Program-made: the position numbers and the translations under genes | NCBI RefSeq assembly: GCF_046119375.1 | Contig: NW_027362765.1 | Span: 1,178,001-1,242,000 of the forward strand | Source of the DNA: Phyllobates terribilis | Taxonomy: Eukaryota | DNA length: 64,000 bases | Direction of reading: 5' to 3' | The notes under the pieces: generated by a model | Told to the model about the DNA's origin: nothing | Seen by the model: the letters and a program-made list of their open reading frames with translations, nothing else | Databases searched by the model: none | Shown here: one piece after another, positions 1 to 13,017 of the stretch | Numbering within the stretch: the stretch's first letter is position 1 | Layout of the letters: each line of letters opens with the position of its first letter

Positions 1-2868
1 TGACTCCCAGATCACTGCTGTCAACAACGTCGTCAGAGTATTACGCCACTTTTAAGGCGTAAGGAACATCCTTTCCAGGGTGATGACTTGTATATAAGGC
101 AAAATAAATAAACAAAAACAAAAATACTCCTACACACCTTGGGCTATGTTCACACGTAGCATTTTTGACACGTTTTTGCACTTTTGCATTGCTTTCAACC
201 AAGACAAATGCATTCACCAGGAAATGTCATTTTAACATATAACAACCTTATCTGGCCATGTGGTGTGTGACACATCATCAGACACATGCATACAGTGCTG
301 AAAAGACATGGGAACAGCAAGGGGAAGACCTCTGGAAACATCTCTGACTCCCAGGTCACTGCCTAAATGTGTGCCTATCATAAGTGATCCTTGGCACATG
401 CGAAGATGCCTCCCGCCATGCACCTGTCGTTGCAGACTTGCAACAATCACCGTCCACGTCCTTGTCCCACTGCAGTGTTCAGTTGTCCCTACCCCATTCC
501 TTGCAATGCAAGCACAAGAATGCCAGCAGCCACCCACCCACAGGCTGCAATACTATACTGCCAAATTTTTGACAGCTGCTTGCACTTGAAATGTGGCCTT
601 TTAGGCTCGTGGAGGCGGAAGCTTTTCATAACCTCATGCCGGCGGCGGCCGGGTGTCCATACTCGGTCCCCAGCCGCCACTATATTTCCCGGTATCGCCT
701 CCGCCTTCCACAAGCACGGGTCCCATAACATTACCCGTGCCCTCCCCAGTGCACTTACTGGGAAGGACCGCCTAACCACAAACACGTGGACAGGTGAATG
801 TGGCCAGGGACGGTACGGAGCCAGTCCACAACTTTTTTTGCTAAGAGTTGTATTTAGCTCGGTGAAAGGACTGGCATAGAGGGAAACCGTATCTACCCTG
901 CGTGTCATTTCTCCCAGAAAATCCTGTAATTGAGCTTGTTGCAGAAGCAATGGCAGCCCATCCAACATCGCACTTGTCAATGGTGCTTTGACACACACAC
1001 ATCTTTCTTTGCGCATTTAATTTCTTGAATACAGAGTAGGAAAATGGCCTGATCCGTAATGCGTTTTGAGAAATAACATGCATAAGCACGGCCAATCCGC
1101 ATTAAAAAAGCAGCCATAGAGTGTCCAGGAACCTTCCCCCACACTTTTCTTAGCCAGGGCTGCTTTTTGGCAGGGTTGGACGGGCCCACCAGAGAACCGG
1201 AGACTCCTCCGGCGGGCCCTGGCTTCTCCTTCAGGAGAGTTCATAGTGCCGAGGTGAGGCCATGATGATGATAGAGGCCATCATCTGCTTAGTTTTCTGT
1301 TACTTGGAATGCAATTACAAGTATGCAGCCAGCCACCCACCCACCCACAGGCCGCAACACTAAACTGACAGATTTCTGGGCAGCTCTTTGCACTTGAAAT
1401 ATGGCCTTTTAAGCTTGTGGAGGTGGAAGCTTTTCACAACCTCATGCAGGCGGCGGCCGGGTGTCCATACTCGGTCCCCAGCCGCCAGTATTTTTCCCGG
1501 TATCGCCTTCGCCTTCCACAAGCACGGGTCCCACAACATTACCCATGCCCTACCCAGTGCACTTACTAAGAAGGACTGCCTAACCACAAACACGTGGACA
1601 GGTGAATGTGGCCAGGGACGTTACGGAGCAAGTCCACAACTTTTTTTGATAAGAGTTGTATTTAGCTCAGTGAAAGGACTGGCATAGAGGGAAACCGTAT
1701 CTACCCTGCGTGTCATTTCTCCCAGAAAATCCTCTAAAGCTGCTTGCACTTGAAATGTGGCCTGAACATTACTGCTGGTACTTTTCTGTGGGAATTTTCT
1801 TGCCTCCTACCAGCCTGGAATATTTCCAGCAAACTATGGTACAACACCATGGTATTAGCACTGCCCCCAGTACCAGTAGCGAAGCCATCCTCAATTTCCT
1901 TCTCTGGAATTTTATTTGGTAGACTGAGTGGCTGCCCAAATACATTTTCTCACAAAGGAGCTGATGATAGAGTGGCAGTAGGTTCAAGTTTCTCCAGCCT
2001 GTTAGATATTAGAGGGTGAACGGCAGCACATTGGATCAGTAGTTAGCACTGAAGTCTTGCAGCACTGGGATCCTGGGTTCAAATCCCAGCAAGGACAACA
2101 TCTGCAAGAAATTTGTATGTTCTCCCCATGTTTGCATGTGTTTCCTCCTCAGTAAAAATAGAGTGTCCTGGAATCTTCCCACACACTTTTCTTAGCCGGG
2201 ACTGCTTCTCGGCAGGGTTGGACAGTCCCACCAGAGAATTCTCTGGTGTGCCTTGGCTTCTACCTCAGGAGAGTTCATGATAGCGCTAACTTTGCAGCTG
2301 CTATGGGGCTCTTGAGCGGGTGAGAAAGGTTAGCCCTCAGAAACAAATCCTCTGGTGGGCACAATGTTTTTCAATCTGAAACAGCTTCTCAGTGGGAGTT
2401 GTATTTCACCACAGCCATATTCTTTAGCTCTGTGAAAGGACTGGCATAGAGGGAAACCGTATCTACCCCGGTTGTCATTTCTCCGTCACCAGGTTCCGCC
2501 CATTGTAACACACGACCATGCCTTGGCTGTATGTTCAGCGGTGAGAGCCACAGATCCAGCTGCTGTGTTACAGCTTTCAACAACTATGCAGCGCTGGGCG
2601 GTTTGTCAATTAAGCATTAAGCATGTTATCTTCAGCACAGCCTGTTGCTGTTAGGCCAAGGAAGTGCTGCAGTGCTGTCAGCTTGTGACTGATGTGGTCA
2701 TTTCGGAGATGGAGGAGGAGGTGCATGAGCTGAACAATGTGATTACATTGAGGTTAAATTGGTGATGCTGTTTTTTATACTAAAGAAAGATCCTATTGTT
2801 ATGTTTTTTTATGTTATTTTTTATGACAAATGCATTCACAGGGAAATGTCATTTTAATATTTTACAAC
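1..2868. mobile_element. Patchwork of degenerate hAT transposase fragments in both orientations
   Basis: Plus-strand pieces (about 540-830, 1370-1630) translate with frameshifts to LLALEMWPFRLVEAEAF..SRHY..HNITRAL..LTTNTWTGECGQGRY, homologous to the transposase at 6821-8350. Minus-strand 2490-2735 gives QAVLK..QQLDLWLSPLN..GMVVCYNGRNLV. A block TGAAAGGACTGGCATAGAGGGAAACCGTATCTACCC recurs near 862, 1670 and 2432. Positions 35-110 resemble the subterminal region of the hAT at about 41020-41150. Confidence 0.7.
2022..2149 (+). mobile_element. 5' part of a tRNA-derived V-SINE-type element
   Basis: tRNA-like head GGCAGCAC..TCAGTAGTTAGCACT with B box GGTTCAAATCCC (2076-2087), followed by the core TTTGTATGTTCTCCCCATGTTTGCATGTGTTTCCTC. 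Confidence 0.7.
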
Positions 2869-3774
2869 TAGAGATGAGCGTTGTTCTACTCGAACTGTTC
2901 GCCAATCTCAAATTCGAGCTGTTTTGGGCGGTGTTCGAGCCGTTCGGCGAACACGAACGATTTGAGAAAAATTCGGCTGTTCGAGGTTATGTTCGATAAC
3001 TGTTCGTGCACCAAAATCATAACTGGATTTTTTCTCAGTAATGATGAAAATTAATGTTAATACGCAGTTTGAGTGTACAGCGGGGTGGGGGGAGGGGTAG
3101 GGGATGGATCTCTGCAGGAATAATGAAGATCTCCATTTTTTTTTCTCTTTCCCGCATTTGCAGTGGGGAGGTGCAATCTGTCAGCCTATCAGCAGCGCAC
3201 ACACGGAGCGAAGTGCTTTTTTTCACACAAGCAAGGGCATGTGTCATTGGCTGTGTATGTCACATGTCCTTGTCCTATAAGACCAAGCCATTTTCCCCGT
3301 CGCCACCATTTTCTCACTGCTGCAGCTGCGTGTTAGACGGCACCGCTGTTGCTGTGTGCGCTATACCTTGTTAATTTCAAGCCAATTTTCGCACAAATCT
3401 ACAGATAGCTTGGGAGTAGGGAATAGTTGTGATTGCAGTCCTTTTAAGGACTAGGTTACAGCATTTCCTACGACTTTTATCAGGCAGGTCTGTGCTCTTA
3501 AATAGATAGATTGTGAGAGTAAAGACTAATTGTGATTGCAGTCCTTTTCAGGACTAGGTTACATCAGTTCCTATCAGTTTTTGCCAGGCAGGTCTGTGCC
3601 AGTGCTGTGCAAGTTTTTTTCACAGCATTTGGCTGAATCTAGCAAAGCTAATCCTTTTTGGCCTATTGCAGAGTGTGTTAGTCAGTGGAGTAGCCTATCT
3701 GGGTTGCAAGATATACCACCTGTGTATAGAATACCAATTTTTTTACTGCACCTAGTGAAGTAAAATCTTTTGGG

Positions 3775-5946
3775 CATAGCATCATTCTATTAGTCCATCT
3801 ATACTGACCTCAATCAGGTTGCAAATTGAATATAATTTTTTTCTGCATCTAGCTCTGAAAAAATATTTGGGCTTCTAGCAGTGTGTGGGACTTGTTGTAT
3901 TAGTCCATCTATACTGACCTCCATCAGGTTGCAAACTAAATATATTTTTTTTCTGCATCTACCTCTGAAAAAATATTTGTCCTTCTAGCAGTGTGTGGGA
4001 CTTGTTCTATTAGTCCATCTATACTGACCTCCATCAGGTTGCAAACTGAATATAATTTTTTGTCTGCATCTACCTCTGAAAAAATATTTGGCCTTCTAGC
4101 AGTGTGTGGGACTTGTTCTATTAGTCCATCTATACTGACCTGCATCAGGTTGCAAATTAAAAATAATTTATATCTGCATCTAGCTCTGAAAAAATATTTG
4201 GCCTTCTAGCAGTGTGTGGGACTTTCTCTATTAGTCCATCTATACTGACCTCCATCAGGTTGCAAATTCAAAATAATTTTTTGTCTGCATCTAGCTCTGA
4301 AAAAATATTTGGCCTTCTAGCTGTGTGTGGGACTTGTTCTATTAGTCCACCTATACTGACCTCCATCAGGTTGCAAACTGAATATAATTTTTTTCTGCAT
4401 CTAGCTCTGAAAAAATATTTGGCCTTCTAGCAGTGTGTGGGACTTTCTCTATTAGTCCATCTATACTGACCTCCATCAGGTTGCAAACTGAATATATTTT
4501 TTTTCTGCATCTACCTCTGAAAAAATATTGGGCTTCTAGCTGTGTGTGGGACTTGTTCTATTAATCCATCTATACAGACCTCCATCAGGTTGCAAACTGA
4601 ATATAATTTTTTTCTGCATCTACCTCTGAAAAAATATTTGGGCTTCTAGCTGTGTGTGGGACTTGTTCTATTAGTCCATCTATACTGACCTCCATCAGGT
4701 TGCAAACTGAATATAATTTTTTTCTGCATCTAGCTCTGAAAAAATATTTGGCCTTCTAGCAGTGTGTGGGACTTGTTCTATTAGTCCACCTATACTGACC
4801 TCCATCAGGTTGCAAATTCAAAATAATTTTTTGTCTGCATCTAGCTCTGAAAAAATATTTGGGCTTCTAGCAGTGTGTGGGACTTGTTGTATTAGTCCAT
4901 CTATACTGACCTCCATCAGGTTGCAAACTAAATATATTTTTTTTCTGCATCTACCTCTGAAAAAATATTTGTCCTTCTAGCAGTGTGTGGGACTTGTTCT
5001 ATTAGTCCATCTATACTGACCTCCATCAGGTTGCAAACTGAATATAATTTTTTGTCTGCATCTACCTCTGAAAAAATATTTGGCCTTCTAGCAGTGTGTG
5101 GGACTTGTTCTATTAGTCCATCTATACTGACCTGCATCAGGTTGCAAATTAAAAATAATTTATATCTGCATCTAGCTCTGAAAAAATATTTGGCCTTCTA
5201 GCAGTGTGTGGGACTTTCTCTATTAGTCCATCTATACTGACCTCCATCAGGTTGCAAATTCAAAATAATTTTTTGTCTGCATCTAGCTCTGAAAAAATAT
5301 TTGGCCTTCTAGCTGTGTGTGGGACTTGTTCTATTAGTCCACCTATACTGACCTCCATCAGGTTGCAAACTGAATATAATTTTTTTCTGCATCTAGCTCT
5401 GAAAAAATATTTGGCCTTCTAGCAGTGTGTGGGACTTTCTCTATTAGTCCATCTATACTAACCTCCATCAGGTTGCAAACTGAATATATTTTTTTTCTGC
5501 ATCTACCTCTGAAAAAATATTGGGCTTCTAGCTGTGTGTGGGACTTGTTCTATTAATCCATCTATACAGACCTCCATCAGGTTGCAAACTGAATATAATT
5601 TTTTTCTGCATCTACCTCTGAAAAAATATTTGGGCTTCTAGCTGTGTGTGGGACTTGTTCTATTAGTCCATCTATACTGACCTCCATCAGGTTGCAAATT
5701 CAAAATAATTTTTTGTCTGCATCTAGCTCTGAAAAAATATTTGGCCTTCTAGCAGTGTGTGGGACTTTCTCTATTAGTCAATCTATACTGACCTCCATCA
5801 GGTTGCAAACTGAATATATATTTTTTCTGCATCTACCTCTGAAAAAATATTTGGGCTTCTAGCTGTGTGTGGGACTTGTTCTATTAGTCCATCTATACTG
5901 ACCTCCATCAGGTTGCAAATTGAATATCATTTTTTTCTGCATCTAA
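3775..5946. repeat. Tandem array of a 110-111 bp unit, about 20 copies
   Basis: Unit TTCTATTAGTCCATCTATACTGACCTCCATCAGGTTGCAAACTGAATATAATTTTTTTCTGCATCTAGCTCTGAAAAAATATTTGGCCTTCTAGCAGTGTGTGGGACTTG. Identical ORF-track peptides recur at a 992-bp offset (3936/4928, 3991/4983, 4212/5204). Confidence 0.97.
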
Positions 5947-6061
5947 CCCAGCCAATAGTTTTGGCCTAATACCACAGTTTGGCCACTCAGCTCTGCTCGG
6001 TTCCCATCCATTGTTTTTTTGTGCAAACAACTCCAGAGTTGTGAATTAGTTAACCACCAAA

Positions 6062-8496
6062 ATGAGTGGAAAAAGGCCTGCTGCTGGTGGAAAGGGGAAT
6101 AGGCGCGTTGGGAAGGGGAAAAAAGGTTGTGTCCGTGGGGTAGGTGTTAAAGCAACAGTAACATCTGCAGAAGAAAGACCATCTTCCAGCCAAACTAAAA
6201 TGTCTACTTCTTTTAGCGGACAATGTGATAAGATCCCTTTCTTACGGCCACGCCAATCGCTACAAATTCCAGTTGAGGCACAAAAACAGCAGGTGCTTCA
6301 ACGGATATCAAGTGCTCCTTTAAGTGGGCTCTCCTCCACATCAACTTCAACATCACAAATACTCCAGTCCTCAAAGGTGTCACCCCAATCGCACTTGCTT
6401 CCTCACACCTCCCAAGTCTCCAGCTGCCCGTCTGAGTATGGGGTAACACAGATGGTTGAGTCTGCACAGCTGTTTACTCATACTATAGCCTGGGAATCAG
6501 AGGTCGACTCCAGCGCTTCTGTGAATCCAGACGAGGAAATGATCTGCACTGATGCCCAGAATCTTTATGAGTCGGATCCAGGACCAGACGCAGAAGGTTC
6601 TGACCATAATGTAGACCCTCATTCCCAAACTGTAACTCCTGTTGGTGGAGACAATGAGGAAGACGATGATGAGACTCAAATACCTGATTGGAGCGACAAC
6701 TTTCGTTTTTTGTAAGGGCAGGAACAGGTTGGCTCTGAGGACGACGGGTGTGATAACGCACAGGGTGATGATGATGAGGTTGGAGATCCCACTTACTGTC
6801 AACCCACAGTCAGCCAAGAGATGAGGTCAGCAGAGGAGGTGGAGGAAGATGCTAGTGACGACGAGGTCAGGTTGTGCCTTCCTGGACAGAGACGTAGTAC
6901 TGGAAGCACGTCAACAACTGCATTCTCAAACACAACTCTGCCTCTCACCACAAGTTTTGGTGGCTCTTCAGGTCGCATGGGTGCTAAGCCTTGCATAGCC
7001 TGGGCATTTTTTCAGATCGATAAAGATGACCCAACTCGTGTTATCTGTAACATTTGTCAGCAAAAGCTAAGTAGAGGCCAAAAAATACATAGTTTGAGTA
7101 CTTCATGCATGAACCGGCACATGGACATGAAGCATAAGTTGCAGTGGGAAGCTCAGTGTGCTACAATGCGGCCTAGCCGGCCGGGCCAACCACCGTCTGC
7201 TATATCTTGTGCATCCGCGGTCTCTTCATCCTCTGTGACTGGGGGGACAGCAGTCACACCTGTTTTGGGGCGCAGACCTGCCACCTCTTTACCCGCAACA
7301 GCCAGCGTGATTGGCAGGTCATCATTTTCTTTGGAGGTGGTAACACCAGCTGGTGTTGAGCGCTGTCCGACATCGATAGCACCACCTTTGGATCAAGGCA
7401 ACCTAACATGTCCGCCTGCATCTTCCTCACAGACCGGCAGTTTGCCGGGGACACCCTTATCAACCCCGTCTAAGCACAATAGCCAGCCCTCGGTCCCTCA
7501 GATGTGGACAAGTAAAAGACCATTTCCTCCTAGCCATGAGAAAGCTAAGAGGTTGAATTTCACCATCTGCAAGCTCTTGGCTACAGAAATGCTGCCTTTC
7601 CGCCTGGTGGACACAGAGGATTTTCGAGACCTTATGTCCGTCGCAGTGCCCCAGTACCAGATGCCCAGTCGGCACTACTTCTCAAACAAAGGTGTGCCTG
7701 CGCTCCACCAGCATGTCGCACACAACATCACCGCTTCTTTGAGAAACTCTGTGTGTGACAGGGTGCATTTCACCACAGACACTTGGACGAGTAGGCATGG
7801 ACAGGGGCGTTACATGTCGCTGACTGGGCACTGGGTAACTATGGTGACAGCAGGACAAGGGGCTGCTGTCCAAGTCTTGCCGTCCCCACGAGTTGTGCGT
7901 CAATCCTCTTTATGTCAAAGTTCCTCCACTGCTTCTGCCTCCTCAACCTCCTCTCGGTCTTCCACCTGCACCCAAAGCCTGTCTGGTCATGCCACAAGCT
8001 TTCTAACTGCGCAGAAGGGATCCTGCACACCTCCTTACTATGCTGGCAGTAGGGCTCAATGTCATCAGGCGGTTTTTACTTTGAAATGTCTGGGAAATGT
8101 GAGTCACACAGCTGAGGAGTTGTGGTCAGCTCTGGAGAACCAATTTCATGAATGGTTGTCTCCACTGGACCTGAAACCAGGGAAGGCCGTGTGCGACAAT
8201 GCTGCAAACCTGGGTGCGGCCCTTCGCCAGGACAATGTCACACACGTGCCTTGTATGGCCTTGTATGGCTTTGTAGCAGTGTGCAGCACTGATCCTATTA
8301 GGCCATCTATACTAAGCTCCACCAGATTTAAAATTAATAATAATTTTTAGCTGCATCTAGCCCGGAAAATAATTTTGGGGCTCCGAGATGCGCAAGACAC
8401 ATAAGTGCCTTCTTGCTGCACTACCTGCAACATGACCCTCATATTGTCAGAATTCGAAGTAATCATGACTACTGGGTTGCCACACTCTTAGATCCC
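6062..8496 (+). pseudogene. hAT (Ac-type, BED-finger) transposase pseudogene
   Basis: ORFs 6062-6715 and 6821-8350 are in the same frame, split by one TAA (6713-6715). BED finger WAFF..CNICQQKLSRG..MNRHMDMKH, catalytic-region motifs HFTTDTWTS and VCDNAANL. The ORF breaks at the CxxH motif (HVPCMAL, about 8260). A C-terminal remnant HDPHIVRIRSNHDYWVATLLDP lies at 8413-8496. Confidence 0.9.
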
Positions 8497-8499
8497 CCA

Positions 8500-11121
8500 A
8501 ACTTTTCGATCAACCTTTTCATTTTAATAAAGACCAAAAAAATGGTCATTTTTGAAATTATAAGCATTAGCAGGTTATTAGAAACTGAAATCAAACAGTT
8601 TTCAACTCAAAACTTTATTCTAGGTGATGTTACATTTTCACATAGGACCCCTTGTTCGAAAGGAGCTTCTGAACTCTCTCGTCCATTGAATTTGTCAGGT
8701 TTTGGATGGTTTCTGCTTCAATTGTTTTGCATGAGGACAGAATACCCTCCCAGAGCTGTTGCTTAGATGTGAACTGCCTCCCGCCATCATAGACACTCCT
8801 TTTGATGATGCTCCAGAGGTTCTGAATGGGGTAGAGGTCAGGGGAGCATGGGGGTCACACCATAAGTTTGTCCCCTTTTATGCCCATATCAGCCAGAGAT
8901 GCAGATGTTTTATGTGCAGCATGAGATGGTGCATTATCATGCAAAAAAATGATCTTGCTGTGAAATACACGGTTCTTCTTCTTGAACCATGGCAGGAAGT
9001 GCTGTTTGAGAAAATCCACATACATTATGGAGTTCATCTTTAGCGCCTTCAGGGATCCTAAAGGGGCCGACAATCTCTCTCCCCATGATTCCAGCCCAAA
9101 ACATTACTCCACCTCCTCCTTGTTGGCGCTGTAGCCGTGTTTGCGTGGGGTGTCCATCAACCAGCCATCCTCCACTCCATCCATCTGGACCATCGAGCGC
9201 TGCACGGCACTCATCCGTGAACAAAACAGTTTTGAAATCAGTCTTCATGTAATGTTTGGCCCACTGGAGCCGTTTCTGCTTGTGTGAAGTGGATAGAGGA
9301 GGTCGACAGGATGGCGTATGCACAGCTGCAAACCTCTGAAGGATCCTGCATCTTGTTGTTCGGGGGACGTTGGAGGCACCAGCAGCTTCAAAAACTTGTC
9401 TGCTGCTATGACAAGGCTTTTTTGCCCCTCCTCTTTTAACCTGAAGTAATTGCCTGTAGGAAAGAGTCCTCAATTTGCCCTTATCAGCACGCACACGTGT
9501 GTACTGTGAATCAGCTACATACTTCTTGATTGCCAAGACACTTCATCCTGATCATCGCACAATGTTGATTGTAGTCATGCCTTGACCTAAACACTCCACA
9601 ATTTGTTGCTTCTCAGCAGCCGACACATCCTTTTTCTTTCCCATTTTGGCAGAAAATGTAGGCTGCTTAATAATGTGAGACAGCCTTCTTAAGTAGTCTT
9701 GCCTTTCATTGGACACACCTGCCAAACTAATTAGCACAGGTGTCTGCAATTGCTTACAGTGATATAAAGAGCCCTGACACACATCACCATCAATGAGTTT
9801 AACTGACAAACAAACAAATTCTTCCCTTGGACAAACAATCAGTAGATTCGGTTTTCAGTACCATCTCTATGCTGATGACACCCAATTATACACCTCTGCT
9901 CCGGACATCACCCCTGCATTACTACAAAAGACCAGTGATTGTCTTTCTGCTGTGTCTAACATTATGTCCTCCCTCTACCTAAAACTGAATCTGTCAAAAA
10001 CTGAACTACTCGTCTTTCCTCCCTCCATTAATCTACCTGTGCCCGATATTGCCATCTCCGTTTGTGGCTCAACCATTACTCCCCAGCTACAAGCCCGCTG
10101 TCTTGGGGTCATTTTTGATTCAGATCTTTCTTTCACTCCTCACATCAAATCACTCGCTCGTTCATGTCATCTACACCTCAAAAACATCTCAAGAATCAGG
10201 ACTTTTCTCACCTTTGACTCGGCAAAAACTCTTACTGTCGCTCTTATTCATTCTCGTCTTGACTATTGCAACGCTCTACTAATCGGTCTCCCTCTTACTA
10301 AACTCTCCCCTCTCCAATCCGTCCTGAACGCAGCAGCCAGGATCATATTCCTCGCCAACCGCTACTCAGATGCCTCTTCCCTGTGCCAGTCATTGCATTG
10401 GTTGCCCATCCAATATAGAGTTCGTTTTAAACTTATCACGCTTACCCACAAAGCGCTCCATGCTTCAGTACCCCCCTACATCTCCTCCCTTGTCTCAGTC
10501 TACCACCCTACACGTGCCCTCCGTTCTGCAAATGACTTGAAACTAAAATCCTCCATAATCCGAACTTCCCACTCCCGTCTCCAAGATTTCTCGCGTGCTG
10601 CGCCAATTCTCTGGAATGCACTACCCAGGACAGTTCGATTAATTCCCAATACCCACAGTTTCAAGCGAACCCTAAAAACACATTTCTTTAGACTGGCGTA
10701 TCACCTAAACACACTCTGTCCATCCCAGCTTTCCCCCATATTAAAATCTTCTTCAACTTTGGGTTCAAACCAACCATGCACATAAAAGCCTCTGTCAGGA
10801 CTGCACACATACCGGCTGGCGACCAGTCCATGTATTATTATTTATCCTATTCAGTATATCAAGGCTGCATTATACAATATATGTACTTTTTACCTTTTGT
10901 GTCTCCCCCACTTCCTCATAGACTGTAAGCTCGCGAGCAGGGCCCTCACTCCTTTCGATATGAGATATGCTTATTCTGTATTGTCTGTATAAGTCCCCCC
11001 TAAAATTTGTAAAGTGCTGTGGAATATGTTGGCGCTATAAAAATAAACTATTATTATTATTATTATTATTATTCCCTTATCACTCCTAAACACTTTTTGC
11101 ATAATAATTTGGAACACAGTG
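8500..11121 (-). mobile_element. Tc1-family transposon, frameshifted, interrupted by an L2; left end lost
   Basis: Transposase runs 9644 to 8630: MGKKKD.., VLFTDECR, GGGVMFWAGI, FLHDNAPSH, PPCSPDLYPIQNLW. The 5' TIR CACTGTGTTCCAAATTATTATGCA ends at 11121, followed by TA (11122-11123). Confidence 0.85.
9829..11071 (+). mobile_element. 5'-truncated L2 LINE with (TAT)n tail
   Basis: ORF 9793-10785 contains YHLYADDTQLY, LKLNLSKTELL, SRLDYCNALL and LHWLPI. The 3' end is GTAAAGTGCTGTGGAATATGTTGGCGCTATAAAAATAAA plus (TAT)n. A 7-bp direct repeat TTCCCTT lies at 9822-9828 and 11072-11078. Confidence 0.92.
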
Positions 11122-11123
11122 TA

Positions 11124-13017
11124 CATGTGCTTTTCCACAAAACACCAGTGGTTCACGTAGTGAATCTTACAGTTCTAACTTGCCAACCGTGGTCTGTATG
11201 GAGTTATTCAATAAAGGGCCCACAATTAAGATAACATAGATGGGAGAGGTCTCTATGAATAGGAATTCCTAAGTATTTGATACCCTGTGAGGGCCAGGCA
11301 AAGGGAAAGTTGGACTGGATGGAATCCTATATGGATTTGGGGAGGGAGACATCGAGGGCCTCAGACTTCGCTGCATTGATTTTAAAATTTGACCATGTAA
11401 CAAAGTGATCTATTTCAGCCATAACAGCATGGATGGATATATGTGATTGAGTGATATATACTAGGACATCATCAGCAAATAGAGAGCACTTGTACTCGGT
11501 GCCTCCCACCTCAATCCACCTAATATTGGGGTTATGGCGAATTGATGAGAGCAGGTGCTCCGTCACTAGGATGTATAAGAGAGGGGACAGAGGACATCCC
11601 TGCCTTGTCCCATTGGTGATTGTGAAAGGTGATGAAAATGTTCTGATGCACCCCCTGGGCCTTGGGACACCCGGAGCCGGACCCTTTTTGGTGGATGCTG
11701 GTGGTTGTAGTCTTCGTGGCGGCGACCCGGTTCCGTGGCTCAGGGTGGTCAAACCAGTGGCGGAACTATTTATGTGGTTTTGATGTTTAAATGTCCGACT
11801 ACGCCACCCCGTGGATTGCGGTCAGAGTGAACCGCTGCTGCAGGGCAGACCGCTGAGGCTGGTGTTGTGGGTGCAGCAGAGCATAGCATAACTCCCCACG
11901 TGAGGAGTATAGCCTCAGGGCAGTGTATGCGGAGGATGGGGGTGATGGTGCAGGGCAGCAGCAGTAACGACACGGAGTCAGTGATGCAGTCCAGGGCCTT
12001 TACTCACAGTTCTTATTATCCAGACCACGTCTGCAGGTAACGGCTGCCACGTCGTACTGTGCTCACCAGGTGAGGGGCTCAGACAACTCCCAGATAACTT
12101 TGGAGCGCTTCACAGGACCCCCTTTGTGTGTCCTTTGTCTGGCCTTTCTTACCAACCCTTCTGTCCGGCTGCCTCGGGTCTCCTCTTGGTAAACTTGGCG
12201 CCAGTTTCCCTGACCCTATGTGGTGCCTTCCTAGCGGGTGTAGCGAGGGGCTGCGCCACATAAAATGTCACAGCCTCCGGTTTCTAGCTGAGGGTCGTTT
12301 CCTGCCTCCACTAGTTTCGGGGACCGGTCTCCCCCTTTGGCCTGACCCCTCCACGCAGGTGGATTCGGGCGTGCGGTGGCGACTCGCCCGTCCGCACCCC
12401 TGGGATCCCTTCATTCCTCGTTCCTGGAGCCTTCTCCGCTCCTCTTCCTTCCTTCTCCCTCTTCCAGGCCTGGGCCTTTGTTACTAGGCCCGCCTCCGGA
12501 GCAGAGCTCATGCAGAGCCCCTGCTCCCTGCCACTTCTGCTCAGACTTCTCTGCATTGAACTAAGATGGTGCCCACCTTTTATACTCCCTTCTCAATGCA
12601 CCCAGGAACTGCTTCCTCCCTGCTCCTGCACTACAGGGTTCCCCTTCCTCAGTGTTCCCTCCCCCCACTCCAGCCAGGGACAGGGACTGTCGTGCCCATC
12701 TCAGAGGCATATTGGTCGCCCTGCCCCACGGCAATGTGGTGTAATGCATGCAGGTGTCGGGTCCTGATCCACACTCCATCCTTACCTGAGAGTGAGATAT
12801 CACACCTCTGGGTGAGGTGCAATACCTCTGTAGCAACCGAGCCCTCAGGGTGCTACAGTTCCATTTATCTTCAGCCTAGGTGACGTATTGTGATACAGGG
12901 CCGTGATTTTGGCTATAAAAGGGTCCCCTAGACCCCTACCCCAAGCTTTTTAAGAGAATCATATATGGCGTGCCAGGAGACTCTATGGAATGCTTTCTCA
13001 GCATCCAACGAGAGTAT
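11124..13017 (-). mobile_element. L1-clade RT fragment split by a solo LTR
   Basis: Removing 11644-12857 joins LSLDAEKAFHRVSW..GLGDPFIAKITALYHNTSPRLKINGT (12858-13017) to [32 protein letters not shown] (ORF 11327-11752). Confidence 0.88.
11644..12857 (-). mobile_element. Solo Gypsy-type LTR
   Basis: TG...CA termini and a 4-bp TSD GTTC (11640-11643 and 12858-12861). Its 3' ~330 bp is homologous to the LTR at 18041-19056. Confidence 0.88.

Noticed and set aside
2022-2090. tRNA gene
   Set aside because: It has a degenerate A box and no acceptor stem, and runs straight into a SINE core.
3775-5946. CRISPR-like array or repeat-protein ORFs
   Set aside because: Units are contiguous near-identical monomers with no unique spacers and no cas genes; the ORFs are by-products of the satellite.
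6821-8350. Domesticated ZBED-type host gene
   Set aside because: There is an upstream in-frame stop, the ORF is truncated at the CxxH motif before the third catalytic residue, and it lies within TIR-bounded sequence.
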